Shown here one piece after another: positions 41,915-56,308 of a stretch of 64,000 nucleotides of DNA. Numbering within the stretch: the first letter of the stretch is position 1; the number at the start of each line of letters is the position of its first letter. Under the pieces are notes generated by a model. It did not search any database and had not been told where the DNA came from. It was given only the letters and a program-made list of their open reading frames with translations. Made by a program: the position numbers and the translations under genes. Origin of the DNA: the human T2T-CHM13v2.0 reference genome, Homo sapiens; NCBI RefSeq assembly GCF_009914755.1, contig NC_060935.1. One strand, written 5' to 3'.

Positions 41915-44224
41915 GTAACATCTATTCCTCGACTAGTTGTTGTAGTCTGGGAAAGGAATACACAGCCTTGCAGATGTAAGTTACATTCTCATTCCTGAAT
42001 CTAAAAGATGCAATCATCTCTAGTAAAATTATAATGATTCAATATGAGAGGGAATTAGTTCTTCAAAATAAAATTATAATTACTTTATGAAATAAATTAT
42101 TGCAGTGGAAAGAGAACCAGGAATTTATGAGGAAAAAGGGAGGAGGGAGGCTAGGGGCCAGACACTGGACAAACATAAAAGTATAAAAGTATATATCCAA
42201 AAGATGGTCTGGAAATATTAGCATGGGTCACCATATTCCTTAGGTTGACTTACAAGTCTTTTTGCAACATTGTACCCGTCTTACTTAGCTTCTCCATGCC
42301 ATTTCTTTTGAACAAACTTATGCTCCAACAGCATCAAATTATGGTGTGTTCTCTAAATGTTCTATCAGCTCTCTTGTCTCCACATGCCTACTCTGGTTAT
42401 TCTGTCTGGAATGTGCCCTCTGCCCTTCCCTCCAAGGAAATTCCCACTCTTAATGGAAAAAAATCTCTTGTTTGACAAGACCAATTTCTTTGTTAAATTG
42501 TCCTTGTCGCTCAGGCAAAATTAGTTGCCACCTATTCTCTGTCCTCAGTGACACCTTATACAATCCTTTGTTTGGACCCTAATTGAGTTTGGTAACTTTC
42601 TACTTAGAGTCCCTGCCTCTTTTGCTATAGATTAAAGTTGAAGTAAGTCTACTTTACTCAAGCTTGTGTCTCTACTATTTAGTATGATGTCTGTAAATAC
42701 TGGATCTCAATAAATGTTCATTGAATTAATAACATTAAATAAAAGTAAAGGATGCAACATTCAGACTTTATCTTGCAGGCCAAAATGATGGGACACCCTG
42801 TTAGATATTTTGTGAAAACAGATGAGACTAAATATTTGGAGAATTTTTTAAAAAACACAGTAGCATTCTATTCCCAAAAATAGTTTCATTCCTGATTTCT
42901 TATGGTTTTATCTATTATTTTCCAAAGATTACACATAACATATTTTCTTGGTTTTCTGGCAATATTGCCAATGATGATGATGAGGGCCTTTCTTTAAATA
43001 CCTTCACCATAAATGGAAACTAATTTCTTTAAAGGTCTTCAAGCACACTCTGAAGGCATATATCCTTGTTTGGCAGTTAGATCATTGTGATCTGCCTCCT
43101 CACTGACTTGAAAAGTCATTAAATAAATTAGCAAAAATTAATAACACATATCACAAGTTTCATGTACAAAGGGTCCCAGCCCTGGTCATAGTGTAGAATA
43201 AAGTCTCTGCTACATCTGTTTCTGCCTAAAGGTGCTGGGTTGGGTGAAAGGGGGTGGACGGAGTAACAGAACTTAGGGACAGAATGTGGGCAGTGGCAGT
43301 GAGAAAGCTGGGTTTCCAGGTGGTTGTAAGTCAACAGAAAGTGGCCGAATATCTTCCTGTACTAGATGACAAAATGTCAAACCTGGATGAGATAAAAGAG
43401 ATCTTTTGTTTCATTATCCTAAATGAAACTTACAGCACAGAGACATTAAACAAGAATGTCACACAGCAAATGAGTGGTAAAACTGTGACAGGAGGCTGGT
43501 ATGTATATATATTTGTTCAAAATTTATATCAAGAATACCTTCTAGACGGCTTTTAAATGGCGATGTAATATTTAAAAGATTTACAATATGGAAATAGAGG
43601 AATGTCATTTGAAGTATCACATACAGAAAATTTTTCCCATCTATTACTCAATGTGTAGTCGATCCACCCATCCTCTTCTCTGGGGTTTCTCAGGCTGCTC
43701 GCAATAAGTTACAAAGCTTATTCTCGAACAAGTTGAAATGCTTGAAGGAAATGAGGGAGAGTGAATGCTTAAGTGGAATTATACCATTGCCACCCTTATT
43801 TGCATTGTATTTTGCATATAGAATCAAAGTAACTAAGACAAACTGATGGGATCAATTTTCTATAGGTGACACTCTTTGTAAAAATGATGCATTTACACAC
43901 ACATTAAAATGAAGCCAAATACAAGCTATATCTGGATATGAATAAAAAGCAGTGTGGTACAGTGGAAAAAGAACCAGGAATGTATGAGTTTCTTAACTTG
44001 GGTATGCCCCTTGACCTCAGTTTCTTCACCTATACAGAATAATCCCTAAGTAGATGAGAACTTAGGCCTCTTGATGCAGGAGTGAAAGTCCTGTGAGCAT
44101 AAAGTCAATAGATAGCGAATGTATAAGTCATGCTGGAGCTCTGCCTTTCATGGTCCCTTGATTTTTCTTGGTCTCACTAGTCCCTTTGAGTATTGATGCT
44201 GGTGTGATCATTAAAGTATCTTAT

Positions 44225-44458
44225 ATTGAACAATGAGAACACATGGACACAGGAAGGGGAACATCACACACCGAGGACTGTTGTGGGGTGAGGGGAGTGG
44301 GGAGGGATAGCATTAGGAGATACACCTAATGCTAAATGACAGGTTAATGGGAGCAGCACACCAACATGGCACATGTATACATATGTAACAAACCTGCACG
44401 TTGTGCACATGTACCCTAAAACTTAAAGTATAATAATAATAAAATTAAAAAAAAAAAA
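44225..44458 (+). mobile_element. 5'-truncated young L1PA (3' UTR + poly A)
   Basis: gaacaatgagaacacatggacacagg...gtaccctaaaacttaaagtataataa + A tail. Confidence 0.93.
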
Positions 44459-45901
44459 GAAGTATAAGTTTCTCTTTGGCTCTTTACTTCTGCTTTTCTC
44501 AATAGTTGGAGAAGAAAAAAAGCACACGTTAGTCACTGATAGATCTCATGCCAGTAAACTGTATTTGTTAATTTTTTATGATAACCTTCTTCAAGACTTG
44601 TGAATGTGTCCAACCTTCTCAGATCCTCCTTTCATCACTCTCCTTTTTCTCTTGTACTTCTTGAACTTCCTTTGAGTCACTTAATTTCTCTAGGAAGGAT
44701 CTTCGTTCTTCCCTGCTTGCTATCTGCCTTCCCTTTTCTTCATCCATATTCTGTCACAATGTGAAACATTCCATTTACCACAGCCCAAGTGATGAAAACC
44801 TTTTATTCACATATGAAAGTCATCAGAACTGACTGCCTGATGCATATTTTAAAAAATTAATGTTCTGTACCTTCCTAATAAGTGAATGCCCCTTCCTAAA
44901 AGCTACATCAGAAAGAACAGCCCCATGTATAAGTTGTTACTATAAATTATAACTAAGCTAAGAGTAGAAGTCAGTTACCACAGAATGGAAAGGAAAATCC
45001 CAGACATTTTGTCTATCACTTCTGTTTATGATAGAAGGAATGATCACAGATTTTGAAACAGCATGATCTCAGTTAAGTGTTAACTCTACCATTCTCATGC
45101 CAAGACCTGAGCAAGTTGTTCTTTCTAAGCCTTAATATTCTTCACTGCTTTCTGTGGATAAGATTCCCTACCTCATAATTTTTTGAAGATGTCAAGAACT
45201 TTAGTTTCATGACTTCCTAATTTTACTGGTGGCTGTAAAAGGGGAAAAAAGAGAAAATAATTCTGATAGACTTTTTAGATATTTTTCCTTCTTTTGAAAC
45301 CCTAATTCTCAAAGGAATTCATTGACTTACTCTAAACATATTTCTAGCATGAGACATTTTTCCTAACTTAAAACTAAGCTCATTTTCACAGTTGCCTCAG
45401 GAATCTTTCAATAGTAGTATAGAAACAAATAGAATTGTATCTCTTATTTTTCCCATATCTATGATTTGACAAATCATTTAACTACATATTATTTTGTAGG
45501 AGTTTCTTTCATAATGAGTAGGTAAGTTCTTATAGCTAAGCACTTATGATTATGAAAGATGAGCTGATGCTTTCAATCAATCATTCTAATATCTCTCTGA
45601 TCTCACAGTTATAGATGCCAAGGTGCAGCCACAAACATTAGAAGGTCCCTGCCTTTGAAAGGCTTTATGTGCTAACCCTAGTCTTATCTGAGGACTAAGA
45701 CACTGGTCCGTAGAGGTCTAGATATATCTCTTTAGCATTATAGGTTTATAGTCAATCTAAAGAAGTAAAGTTTCAGAAGGTGTCACTTTAACAGAACTTT
45801 TCCAAAGCCCTTGAGGAGGCCTTAAAAATGTGTTTACTTGTTCATAATATTTTAGCGCTTTATTCAGGAATGATTGACATACAATGAATTGTGCATATTT
45901 A

Positions 45902-46200
45902 TGAATTATTTATTTATTTTGAGACAAGATCTTTCTCTGTCACCCAGGCTGGAGTGCAGTGATGCGATCATGGCTCACTACAGCCTCCGTCTCTCAGGCT
46001 CAGGTGATCCTCCCACCTCAGCCTTCTGAGTAACTGGGGCTACAGGCGTGCGCCACTATGCCTGACTAAATTTATTTATTTTTAGTGAAGATGAGGTCTC
46101 ACCATGTTGCCCAGGCTGTCCTCAAACTCTTGAGCTCAAGTGATCCTCCTGCCTTCACCCCAAAGTGCTGGGATTACCGGCATGAATCATCATGCTGGGC
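45902..46200 (-). mobile_element. AluJ
   Basis: Reverse Alu with 13-bp TSD TTGTGCATATTTA (45889-45901, 46201-46213). Confidence 0.9.
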
Positions 46201-46585
46201 TTGTGCATATTTAAATGCATGGTACATTTCTTCATTTGTTTTAGGTTTTATAGCTTTTAGGTATAGGCCTTGAACATCATTTTTCAGATTTGTACCTAAA
46301 TATATCATATTTTATACTATTACAACATATTTAAAAATTTTAATGTATTCATTCCTTGCTACTATCTAGAAATATAATTTTTAGATATTAATTTTTGTAC
46401 ACTATGACCATGATAAACTTACTAGTTAGTTATACTAGCATTTTTGTAAATTGCAATGAATTTTCTGAAGAGTTGGTTATTTAGTCCATGAATAAAAACA
46501 GTTTACATTTTTTCTTTCCAACTTGGAAATCTTTCATTTCTTCTTCTCGCCATGTTGCACTACTAGAACCTCATGTATGATGCTA

Positions 46586-46924
<339 letters not shown>

Positions 46925-47566
46925 CTACTGCTCATAAGTAATATGATATAATGATATAAGCTGTCAGTTTGCCAAAGATTGGGTTGAAAAAATTGTTTTA
47001 TTCGTTTCTAGTTTGCTAAGAATTTTCTTCAGTGATTTTAGATTTGATCAAGTTCTTTTTTTATCCATATGTTGAGATGATCATATGATTTTTATTTTTT
47101 GTCTGTGAATGTAACGAATCACATTTATTAAATTTCTAATGTTAATTTAAATTTCTGTGAAAAAAACCTACTTTGAATTGGTGGATTATCTATCTTAAGT
47201 ACAGTGGTATATATGGTATATGATTTTCTAAAAGAAATTTTGCATCCATACTCATGTGGAGCATTGGTCTCCAATTTTCATTTCTTTTAATATCTTAGTT
47301 TTGTTCTCAGAGTAATGTCATTCTCTTAGAATGAGTTCATAAGTATTACTGCTTTTTCAACTTTCTGAAAGAGCTTGTGTAAAATTAGTTCTACTTTATT
47401 CCTTAGTATCCAGTAGAATTTACCAGTGAACCATATGAGTACAGAGGATTCCTGGTGGAAAGGTTTATAACTAAAATTCAATTTTGTTAACAGGTTAACA
47501 AAATAATTAGGTTAATAATAGTCATGTAATTAGGCTACTCAATTTCTTTATTTCTTCTTGAGTGTG

Positions 47567-47925
47567 TATGTTGGTTAATTTTATGCGTCAATCTGACAAG
47601 GCCACCGGGTGCCTCGATATTTGTTCAAACATTATTCTGGGTGTTTCTGTGAGGGTGTTTGGGGAAGAGAGTAACATTGAAATTGGTTGATTAACACAAA
47701 CTGCCCTCTCTGATGTGGGTGGACCTCATACAATCAGTTGAAGACATGAATAGAAGGATAACAAGATTGACACTCTCTCAAGTAAGAGAGATTACCTCCT
47801 GCCTGACAGCCAGGTCTCCAGTTTGTCAACTCACTTTGTACATATGGGGCCAAAACCTGATAAGGAATAAGTAAATAAATATATAAATAAACACACACAT
47901 TTTATTGGTTCTGTTTCTCTGGACA
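47567..47925 (+). mobile_element. MLT2 LTR
   Basis: ggttaattttatgcgtcaa...aaacattattctgggtgtttctgtgagggtg...attggttctgtttctctgga. Confidence 0.85.
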
Positions 47926-50542
47926 CTGAGCTTTGGTAGTTTGTGCCTTTAAAGGAGTGTAAGGAGTGTGCCCATTTCATATAAGTTGTCCAATTGACTT
48001 GCATAAAATTGTTTAAGACATGTCTTTAATATCCTTTTATGTCTGTGCAGTCTGTGGTGATGTTACGCTGCCATATCTGATGTTAGTATTTTTTGCTTTC
48101 CCTCCATTGTTTCTAATATGTTTAATGCTACAACTCTCAGATCTATTGGTTGGACACACAGTCTCTGACATATGGCTGTTGTTAGTTTAAAATGACAGAA
48201 TATTTTTAGCTCTAAAAACATTTTGTAGAGCTTTTTTTTTTCTCACCAGAAGTTTCTGAGGTGGCTCCTGCTGCTAGTTTGTTAGAAATAGTATATTCTA
48301 CAAAAGCCATACAGTATCCTAAATTCAAAATCTTCAGTGAAAGGCTCCAGATTCTTTTTTGAGTCATTGACCTATCTTTCTTCCAGCATCTCCTAGGATT
48401 TCATACTTGAATGACAGCTCAATGCACTGATTTAAGTCATAAGAATTATATTCTCATTGAACAGGAGGTATTTTCAAGAACAAGAATTCTTGCCCTATTT
48501 AACTCTGCAACCAAATGTGGCCATCTTGAGACCATAAGTAACACCAAAAATGACCCCTTCTCAAGAGAAGCCTACTTGGAAACGGTTAAGAAGGGGTTAA
48601 GAGAGAGGGGGTGTGAGTGAAGGAAAGTAGCAAATTATCCTCACACATTCTACAGTGTGCAGAGCTATAATTTTGAAGTGAAAAATTTCCATAACCGCTG
48701 TTGCAGTAATTGGCATTAGTAGTGTATATTCTTGGAATTTAAGTGACAATTATTGCCTCTCGGTTCATACTCCTACTTTGTACTAAAATGTTCTGCTACC
48801 ACGTGCCTTAGAGCTTTTACTCTCAATAAATATATTTGGTTGAACTAGTTCTTTCAGTTTTCTCATTCTTTATTTTAAATTTTTCATCACTCTCGCCTTT
48901 TTAAGTAGTCATTTAGAATCTGAGAGGCCCTTAATATTTTGGTCATTGTTCTGTTCCTGCAAGGTATAAAGAGACCAACTTTTGTACAGTTACCTTGTTA
49001 CCTATGGTGGCTCCTGGAACTCCTGTATGGTAGGAGAAATTATATTATAAACCTATCAACTCCAGACTGATGAGATTCACAGATAACTATCATGTTGATA
49101 GAATGTGTTTATGATAGTTTGACTTAAAGTATATTTTTGTATTTTAAGTTTGACTTAAAATGTGGAAATATATATAAGTATATCGGAGGGTCCCTAGGGA
49201 ATTATTTGATATGTATATGTATATCAAATAATTGTGTATAATACTTTATCAAAGAATTATATATAACACTTTGTATTATACTTATTAGATGGATAGATAG
49301 AGGTGAAATAATATAGAAATGGGACAGAAATGTAGTTTCTCAAGGACAAAACAGTTTAAGGAAAGCATAACCACCCAAAGAGACAGGGTATTGTTTCCAG
49401 AGAAGCTAACCCTGAAATAAAATGAAGAGATTGTTAGACTGTTCACTGGAGGTAGTATGTCCTAACACCAGGAGGTAAAAATAAAGTCAAAAAAAAAGAA
49501 AAACACAATATCCAGGAAATAGTTGGATGACACATGTCAACAGTATCAGAAGCCTTGAATATAGGAAACTCAAATGCTTTCAAACACTGTTTCAAATGTA
49601 TTATGTTAAGTGGTTCACTCTGTGAAATTTTCCACTAATGTAAATACTGACCTGGAAAAGGAAACTAAAGTATAAGCTACATTACAGATCAGGCCATGCT
49701 TGAACCTGTTATTATGACCCCAGTGAAAACCTATATTTATAGAGAAATGTTATGAATCTACATATGGAAAGACAGAAAAAAAAAAAAAAGAAACATGGCA
49801 TCCAAGTACACAATAATGTATATTAACAGGTGCTAACAAAGTCAAATCAGTATCAACCTCCCAGATACAAGAAGTTTCTAAGATAGTAAATCATTTCCAA
49901 ATGAATTTCACCAAATAAGATATATATTTTAAGCTTAGTTTTGATCATGCTGCTTCTTAGATGAAAAATTGTCAATCTATGGCTCAAGGTGAGAAGCAGA
50001 GTAAATGTACTCATATTTGCTCTGGATGACGTAAAATACCAAATATTAGATTTTGTCACGATTACAATGATAGAAAATCATTACAAGTATAATTTTTCCA
50101 TTAAACTGTATCTAATACTGGTTAATTCTTCTTCCAAATAATGCTTAAAATACAGCTAGTAATAAAACCCTCTGATACCTCTTATTTGTTGAGTAATTGC
50201 AACATATCAAACATTTCACACACCTTATCTCTGAATATGACACAAACTTTGCCAAATGTGTTTTATAATTCCTATTTCACACATATGAAAATTGAGGATC
50301 AGGTAATTTATACAACTAGCCCAAGGACATGTATCATAATAGTAACAATTATTATTATGATAACTGCAGTTATTTTACATATACTACATATGTAAAATGT
50401 ATACACACACCAACTTGAATAAGTACAATGTGGGCTACGTCATATAACTTGGCCTTTTGAAGATAGTTGTAGTAAACATAATTCTTTTGTATATCGGATA
50501 TATGTATATACACACACATATATATGAGGAAGCAGGGTTTGT

Positions 50543-50630
50543 GAGGTTTCACCCTATTGCCTAGACTAGAGTGCAGTGGCATAGTCATATCTCACTGTAG
50601 CCTTGAACTCCTGCCTCAGCCTACTGAGTT
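50543..50630 (-). mobile_element. Alu/FRAM fragment
   Basis: gagtgcagtggcatagtcatatctcactgtagccttgaactcctg. Confidence 0.65.
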
Positions 50631-50958
50631 ATTTCTGAACTTAAATATCTACATAATAATGTCACTTTGGCTCAACGTTTTTTGGTTTCCTTTCATATTT
50701 CTTTTGAGCATTGAACTTGAATTGTTTCACGAGTTTTCTCAGTTGAATTATATATTTGTCATTTGTGAGTGGTTTTGGTTGAAGGATCATGAAAACATTC
50801 AAAGTTAACTCTGTAGTCTATAGTGGATACTCAAAATAGAAAATGCATTAAAAATGAAGCATGTAATAAAGAAAAAAACACTTAATGATGTATTCATAAC
50901 ATTGGGCTTAAATCACACCTCTAAAAGTATATATATTCATGAACTCCAAAATGGAGTA

Positions 50959-51783
50959 CTCAACAACAAAACAAAGAATCCCATTAAAAAGTGGGCAAAA
51001 GACATGAATAGAAATTTTTCAAAAGACATACAAATGGCCAAAAAGCATATGAAAGAATGCTCAACATCACTAATCATCAGAGAAATGGAAATAAAAACAC
51101 AATTAGATGTCATCTTACAATACTCAGAATGGCTATTATTAAAAAGACAAAAAGTAACAGATTTTGACAAGGAGGTAGGGAAAAAGGAGCACTTATACAC
51201 TGCTGGTGGGAATATAAATTAGTACAACCTCTATAAAAAGCAGTATGGAGATTTCTCAAATAACTAAAAATAGAACTACCATTTGATCCAGCAATCCCAT
51301 TATTGGGTATCTGCCCAAAGGAAAACAAAATTATCATTATCAAAAAGATGCCTGCATTCATATGTTTACTACAGCACTATTTACAATGGCAAATAACCTA
51401 AGTGTCCATCAACAGATGAATGAAGAAAATATGGTATATATACAAAATGGAATACTATGCAGCCATAAAAAGGATAATATCATGTCTTTTGCAGCAACAT
51501 GGATGGAACTGGAGGCCGTTAGCTTAACAGAAAGACAAATGCTGCATGCTCTCCCTTATAAGAGGAAGCTAAATCATGTGTACACATGGACATAGAGTAT
51601 AGAATAATAGACAATGGAGACTCAGAAGGGTGGGCAGGTAGGAGGAGGATGAATAACAAATTACTGAATGGGTACAATGTACATTATTTGGGTGATGGAT
51701 ACAATAAAAGCTCAGATTCACCATTAAGCATTACATCCATGTAACAAAATTACAATTGTACCCTGTAAGTTTATACCAAAAAA
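50959..51783 (+). mobile_element. L1PB/L1MA 3' fragment (ORF2 C-terminus + 3' UTR)
   Basis: Peptides [16 protein letters not shown] and IMSFAATWMELE; candidate TSD aa(a/g)tggagta. Confidence 0.9.
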
Positions 51784-51838
51784 GTGGAGTATTTGAATGT
51801 AGTCATGTATACATTGTATGTAGTCACTATAGATAGTG

Positions 51839-51921
51839 ATCACTTGGTTTGATTTTTAAATTAATATTTAGGTATGTTTACGTTTTTATGGAACCTTGAT
51901 TTAAAAATCAAACCAAGTGAT
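51839..51921. repeat. Inverted repeat with perfect 23-bp arms and a 37-bp spacer
   Basis: ATCACTTGGTTTGATTTTTAAAT (51839-51861) and its exact reverse complement (51899-51921). Confidence 0.95.
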
Positions 51922-51988
51922 TAGTAGCTATAATCAGAATATATGTGATCTCCAGGGATGTAGACTATGCAGTTGTAAATGTAAAATA

Positions 51989-52340
51989 TTTTTTACTCCT
52001 GTTATTCCAACAGCACACCAAACACTTACCAAGAGAGATTTGAAAATTTCCTGTATTTTCACATAATGTTTTTGCAAAGGCCAATCACTTGTAGATATTA
52101 AATAAATAGTACCAAATTATTATCAATAAGTGCTATGTGGACTAAGTTATAGAACTTGGCCTTTTTTTACTCCTTTTATTCCAACAGCACACCAAACACT
52201 TAACCAAGTGAGATTTGAAAATTCCCTGTATTTTCACATGATGTTTTTGCAAAGGCCAATTACTCATAGATATTAAATAAATAGTACCAATTTATTATCA
52301 ATAAGTGCTATGTGGACTAAGTTATAGAACTTGGCCTTTT
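51989..52340. repeat. 174-bp tandem duplication
   Basis: ttttttactcct...agaacttggcctttt twice (actcc at 51995 and 52169), about 95% identical by eye. Confidence 0.95.
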
Positions 52341-52389
52341 GAATATACTTGTAGTAAACACAATTCTTTTGGTGTTATTCCAGTGATAT

Positions 52390-52870
52390 TTGTCAGGTAA
52401 CACAGCAAAACTGATTTTCAGATATAATTAAATTTCCTAATTTGTGGACCTTAGCATAGGGAGGCTATCTGAATGGGCTTTATTTGATCACATGAGCTCT
52501 TTAGAATCAGGGCCTTTTTCTTTGGTTGACAGAACGGAAAGTCGGGGAGAATGGACAAATTTAATATGAGGCAGTATCTCTTTTGCTAAGCTGGAGTGGG
52601 CCACAGAGCAAGGACCTGGAGCAGACTCAAGAAAATGAAAGAAGTCCCAGGCCAACACTTGGCAAGAAAATGCAATTGAATTCTGCAGAAACCTGACTGA
52701 GCATAGAAATATATTCTTCCACAGAGCCTCAAGGTCCCAGCCCAGGCAACACCTTAACCTTGTATTAGGGCCTGAACAGAGAACCAGGTGAGTCCACCTG
52801 CAATTCTGAACTAAAAAGCTGTGAGACAGTGAATAAGCATTGTTTCAAGCTGCTAGTTTGTGGTAATTGA
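52390..52870 (+). mobile_element. MLT1 (MaLR) LTR, degraded
   Basis: gggaggctatctgaatgggc, tattcttccacagagcctc, ttgtttcaagctgctagtttgtggtaatt. Confidence 0.7.
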
Positions 52871-53539
52871 CACAGTTGTCTCTCAACACTGTAAAAGTTA
52901 TTGGCTCAGAATTCCCTGGGCATCCTTTGGTGGACATTGAACAGAAAGCCAGATGAATTACTCACTGGGCTCAGCTTATTTTTTCTTATGGCTTTGAGTT
53001 TATCTTTCATGACTCCCGGGTGAATGCAGGCATACGTGAAATGTAGGGTAAGCTCTGATACCTAAGTAGAGAGTATGTATGATGAAAACTAAAGGAGAAA
53101 TGCCTGTTTAAAATGTTAGTTTGTCCTATCTGATAAAATCTCAACTATTAAGTGAAGTCATTGTCTTCAACACTTAACATTTATAATATAACTCAGCTCA
53201 AAAACTTAGAGAGGGACCACACGATGCCTGGTTCTGTGCTATCCAAGCCAGATTCAATAGGTCGGTGTAAGTAATAATCTACCAGAGAAAGCAAAGGTAG
53301 CCTAAAGTGGTCTAGGGTAAAAATTCTGGAAAAATACAGAAAACTATGGAACTGTATGAACAGGTTGAGGATAAATATGACTCAGTTAGTGAAGATATTC
53401 TTTTTTGAGGTATATCAGTTGTCAGTTACTTGGGTATTACTAATCCCCGCAGTGTGGGGCATCTACATCTCTGATATTTATTGAAATTTGTTTAAAAGCG
53501 TGATACCTTATATAGTAGAAAACTAAAAATTATTTTTTC

Positions 53540-54842
53540 TAATTTTATTTATTTTTTTAACTTTTAGGTTCGGGGTATAAGTGCATGTTTGTTATATAGA
53601 TAAAATTGTGTCACAGGAGTTTGTTGTACAGATTATTTCATCACCCAGGTACTAAGCCAAGTACCCAATAGTTATCTTATCTGCTCCTCTCCCTCTTCCC
53701 AACCTCCACCCTAAAGTAGGCCCCAGTGTCTGTTGTTCTCTTACTTGTGTCCATGAGTTATCATCATTTAGCTCCTGCTTACAAGTGAGAACATGTGGAA
53801 TTTGGTTTTCTGTTCCTGTATTAGTTTGCTAAAGACAATGGCCTCCAGCTCCATCTGTGTTGCTGCAAAATACATAATCTCGGTTCTTTTTATGGCTGCG
53901 TAGTATTTCATGATGTGTATGTGCCACATTTTATTTATCCAATCTGTCATTGATGGACATTTAGGTTGATTCCACATGTTTGCTATTGTGAACAGTGCTG
54001 CGGTGAACATCGGCATACATGTGTCTTTAGGGTAGAATGTTTCATATTCCCCTGCGTATATACCCAGTAACAGGATTGCTGGATCAAATGGTAGTTCTGT
54101 TAGCTCTCTGAGGAGTCACCCTACTGCTTTCCACAGTGGTGGAACTAATTTACACTCCTATCAACAGTGTATAATGTTCCCTTTTCTCTGCAACCTCGCC
54201 AGCATCTGTTATTTTTTGACTTTTTAGTAATAACCATTCTGATTGGTATGAGATGGTATTCATTTTGGTATTGATTTGCATTTCTCTGATTATCAGTGAT
54301 ATTGAAATTTCTTTATATGCTTGTTGGCTGCACGTATGTCTCCCTTCTTTAGAGAAGTATCTGTTTATGTTCCTTGCCCACTTTTTAACAGGGTTGTTTT
54401 TCTCTTGTTAATTTGTTTAAGTTCCTTATTGATGCTGGATATTAGACTTTTGTCATATGCATAGTTTGCATATATCGTCTCCCATTCTGTATGTTGTCCA
54501 TTTATTCTGTCAATAGTTTCTTTTATCATGCAGAAAAACTTTAGTTTTAGATCCTATTTGTTAATTTTTGCTTTTGTTGTGATCGCTTTTGGCATCTGTG
54601 TCGTGAAATCTTTGCCCATTCCTGTGTTCAGGATAGTATTGCCTAGATTGTCTTCCAGGGTTTTTATAGTTTTGGGTTTTCCACATAAGTCTTTAATCCA
54701 TCTTGGGCTGATTTTTGTATATGGTGTAAGGAAGGGGTCCAGTTTCAATCTTCTGCATGTGATTAGCCACTTATCTGAGCACCATTTATTGAATAAAAAG
54801 TCCTTTCCCCATTGCTTTTGTCAGCTTTGTCGAAGATCAAAT
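53540..54842 (-). mobile_element. L1PA(old)/L1PB 3' fragment
   Basis: Minus peptides [21 protein letters not shown] and MFTAALFTIANMWNQPKCPSM; candidate TSD ctaaaaat(t/c)attt. Confidence 0.92.
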
Positions 54843-55792
54843 GATGCTAAAAATCATTTCTAACAATTCATAAATGGAGGAGATTATGTTCCTCTAATTC
54901 TTTGCTTCTGATAAGTTCTTGACAATAGTTTTGGATTTTGCCTTCTGCACCTCCCATCTCATTTCTGTGTGTTTTGCCTCTTGTACTTCCCATCTATTTT
55001 CTAGTACAAGTTGCTGATCTGGACACTTCTTTCCTCAATTACTACCATCATAAAGTCTGTGCGGGGCAAAGATACATCAAATAGTTTGGTGCAACTAAAG
55101 AGGATCTATAATAATATGTAACGTTGTAAAAAACTTAAAATTTAATTAAACACTGTTAATTTTAAGAAGTCAGTTCTTTCCCCTGGAGGTATTTTACCTA
55201 GAACACTGTTATTTAACTTTCTCTATTTTACTAAATGTTGCCGTTTTTCAAACGCAACTGCTTATCAATTCCGTATCTAGAATGTGTAAACATTGTGCTG
55301 CATCATCCCTAGATAATCAGTCTATATTTGTAGTACTTTAATTCACAACCAACATACAAATCTTCTTATGAAGTCCTGAACAGGAAAAACTAGACAGAGT
55401 GATGAATTTTAGAATAGAGTTTGCCTGGGTATTTACAAGGTGCTCGAGACAATTTTCTTTTTAGAATAATGGAAATATATAAATTGATAGAAGTATGGGT
55501 CACAGAGGTATATACACTGATCAAAATTTATCAAACTGTATACTTAAGATTTATAGATTTCAATATGTATAATTCCTTCATCCAAAAGGTAAGAAAAAGA
55601 TAAGATATATACTAAGAAAGAGAATGAGAGGGAGACAAAAGGGGAGCAAAAGGTAAATATGCTAAAAAATAAAAATAGTGAGACTTACTGGAAGGTTTTC
55701 AGAAATCTTTATGACCAAAGTGAAATTTAAGTTGTGTACTTAAGGATAGAAAAAAAAAGACAGATACTGATGAGAGAGAAAATAATAAGCTC

Positions 55793-55908
55793 TATATATA
55801 TATATATATATTATATATATATATATTATATATATATATTATATATATATATATTATATATATATATTATATATATATATTATATATATATATTATATAT
55901 ATATATAT

Positions 55909-55939
<31 letters not shown>

Positions 55940-55941
55940 AT
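55793..55941. repeat. Interrupted (TA)n tract, ~150 bp
   Basis: Pure A/T; (TA)n blocks separated by single TT steps. Confidence 0.97.
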
Positions 55942-55996
55942 GATGTGAAGGAGCTCCTCAGAGAAGACAGAGTTTGTTTGGTTAGAAAGTGAGTTA

Positions 55997-56308
<312 letters not shown>

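Noticed and set aside
44284-44306. G-quadruplex motif
   Set aside because: The ordinary G-rich tract of the L1PA 3' UTR.
55734-55943. IY-rich 69-aa ORF
   Set aside because: Translation of the TA repeat.
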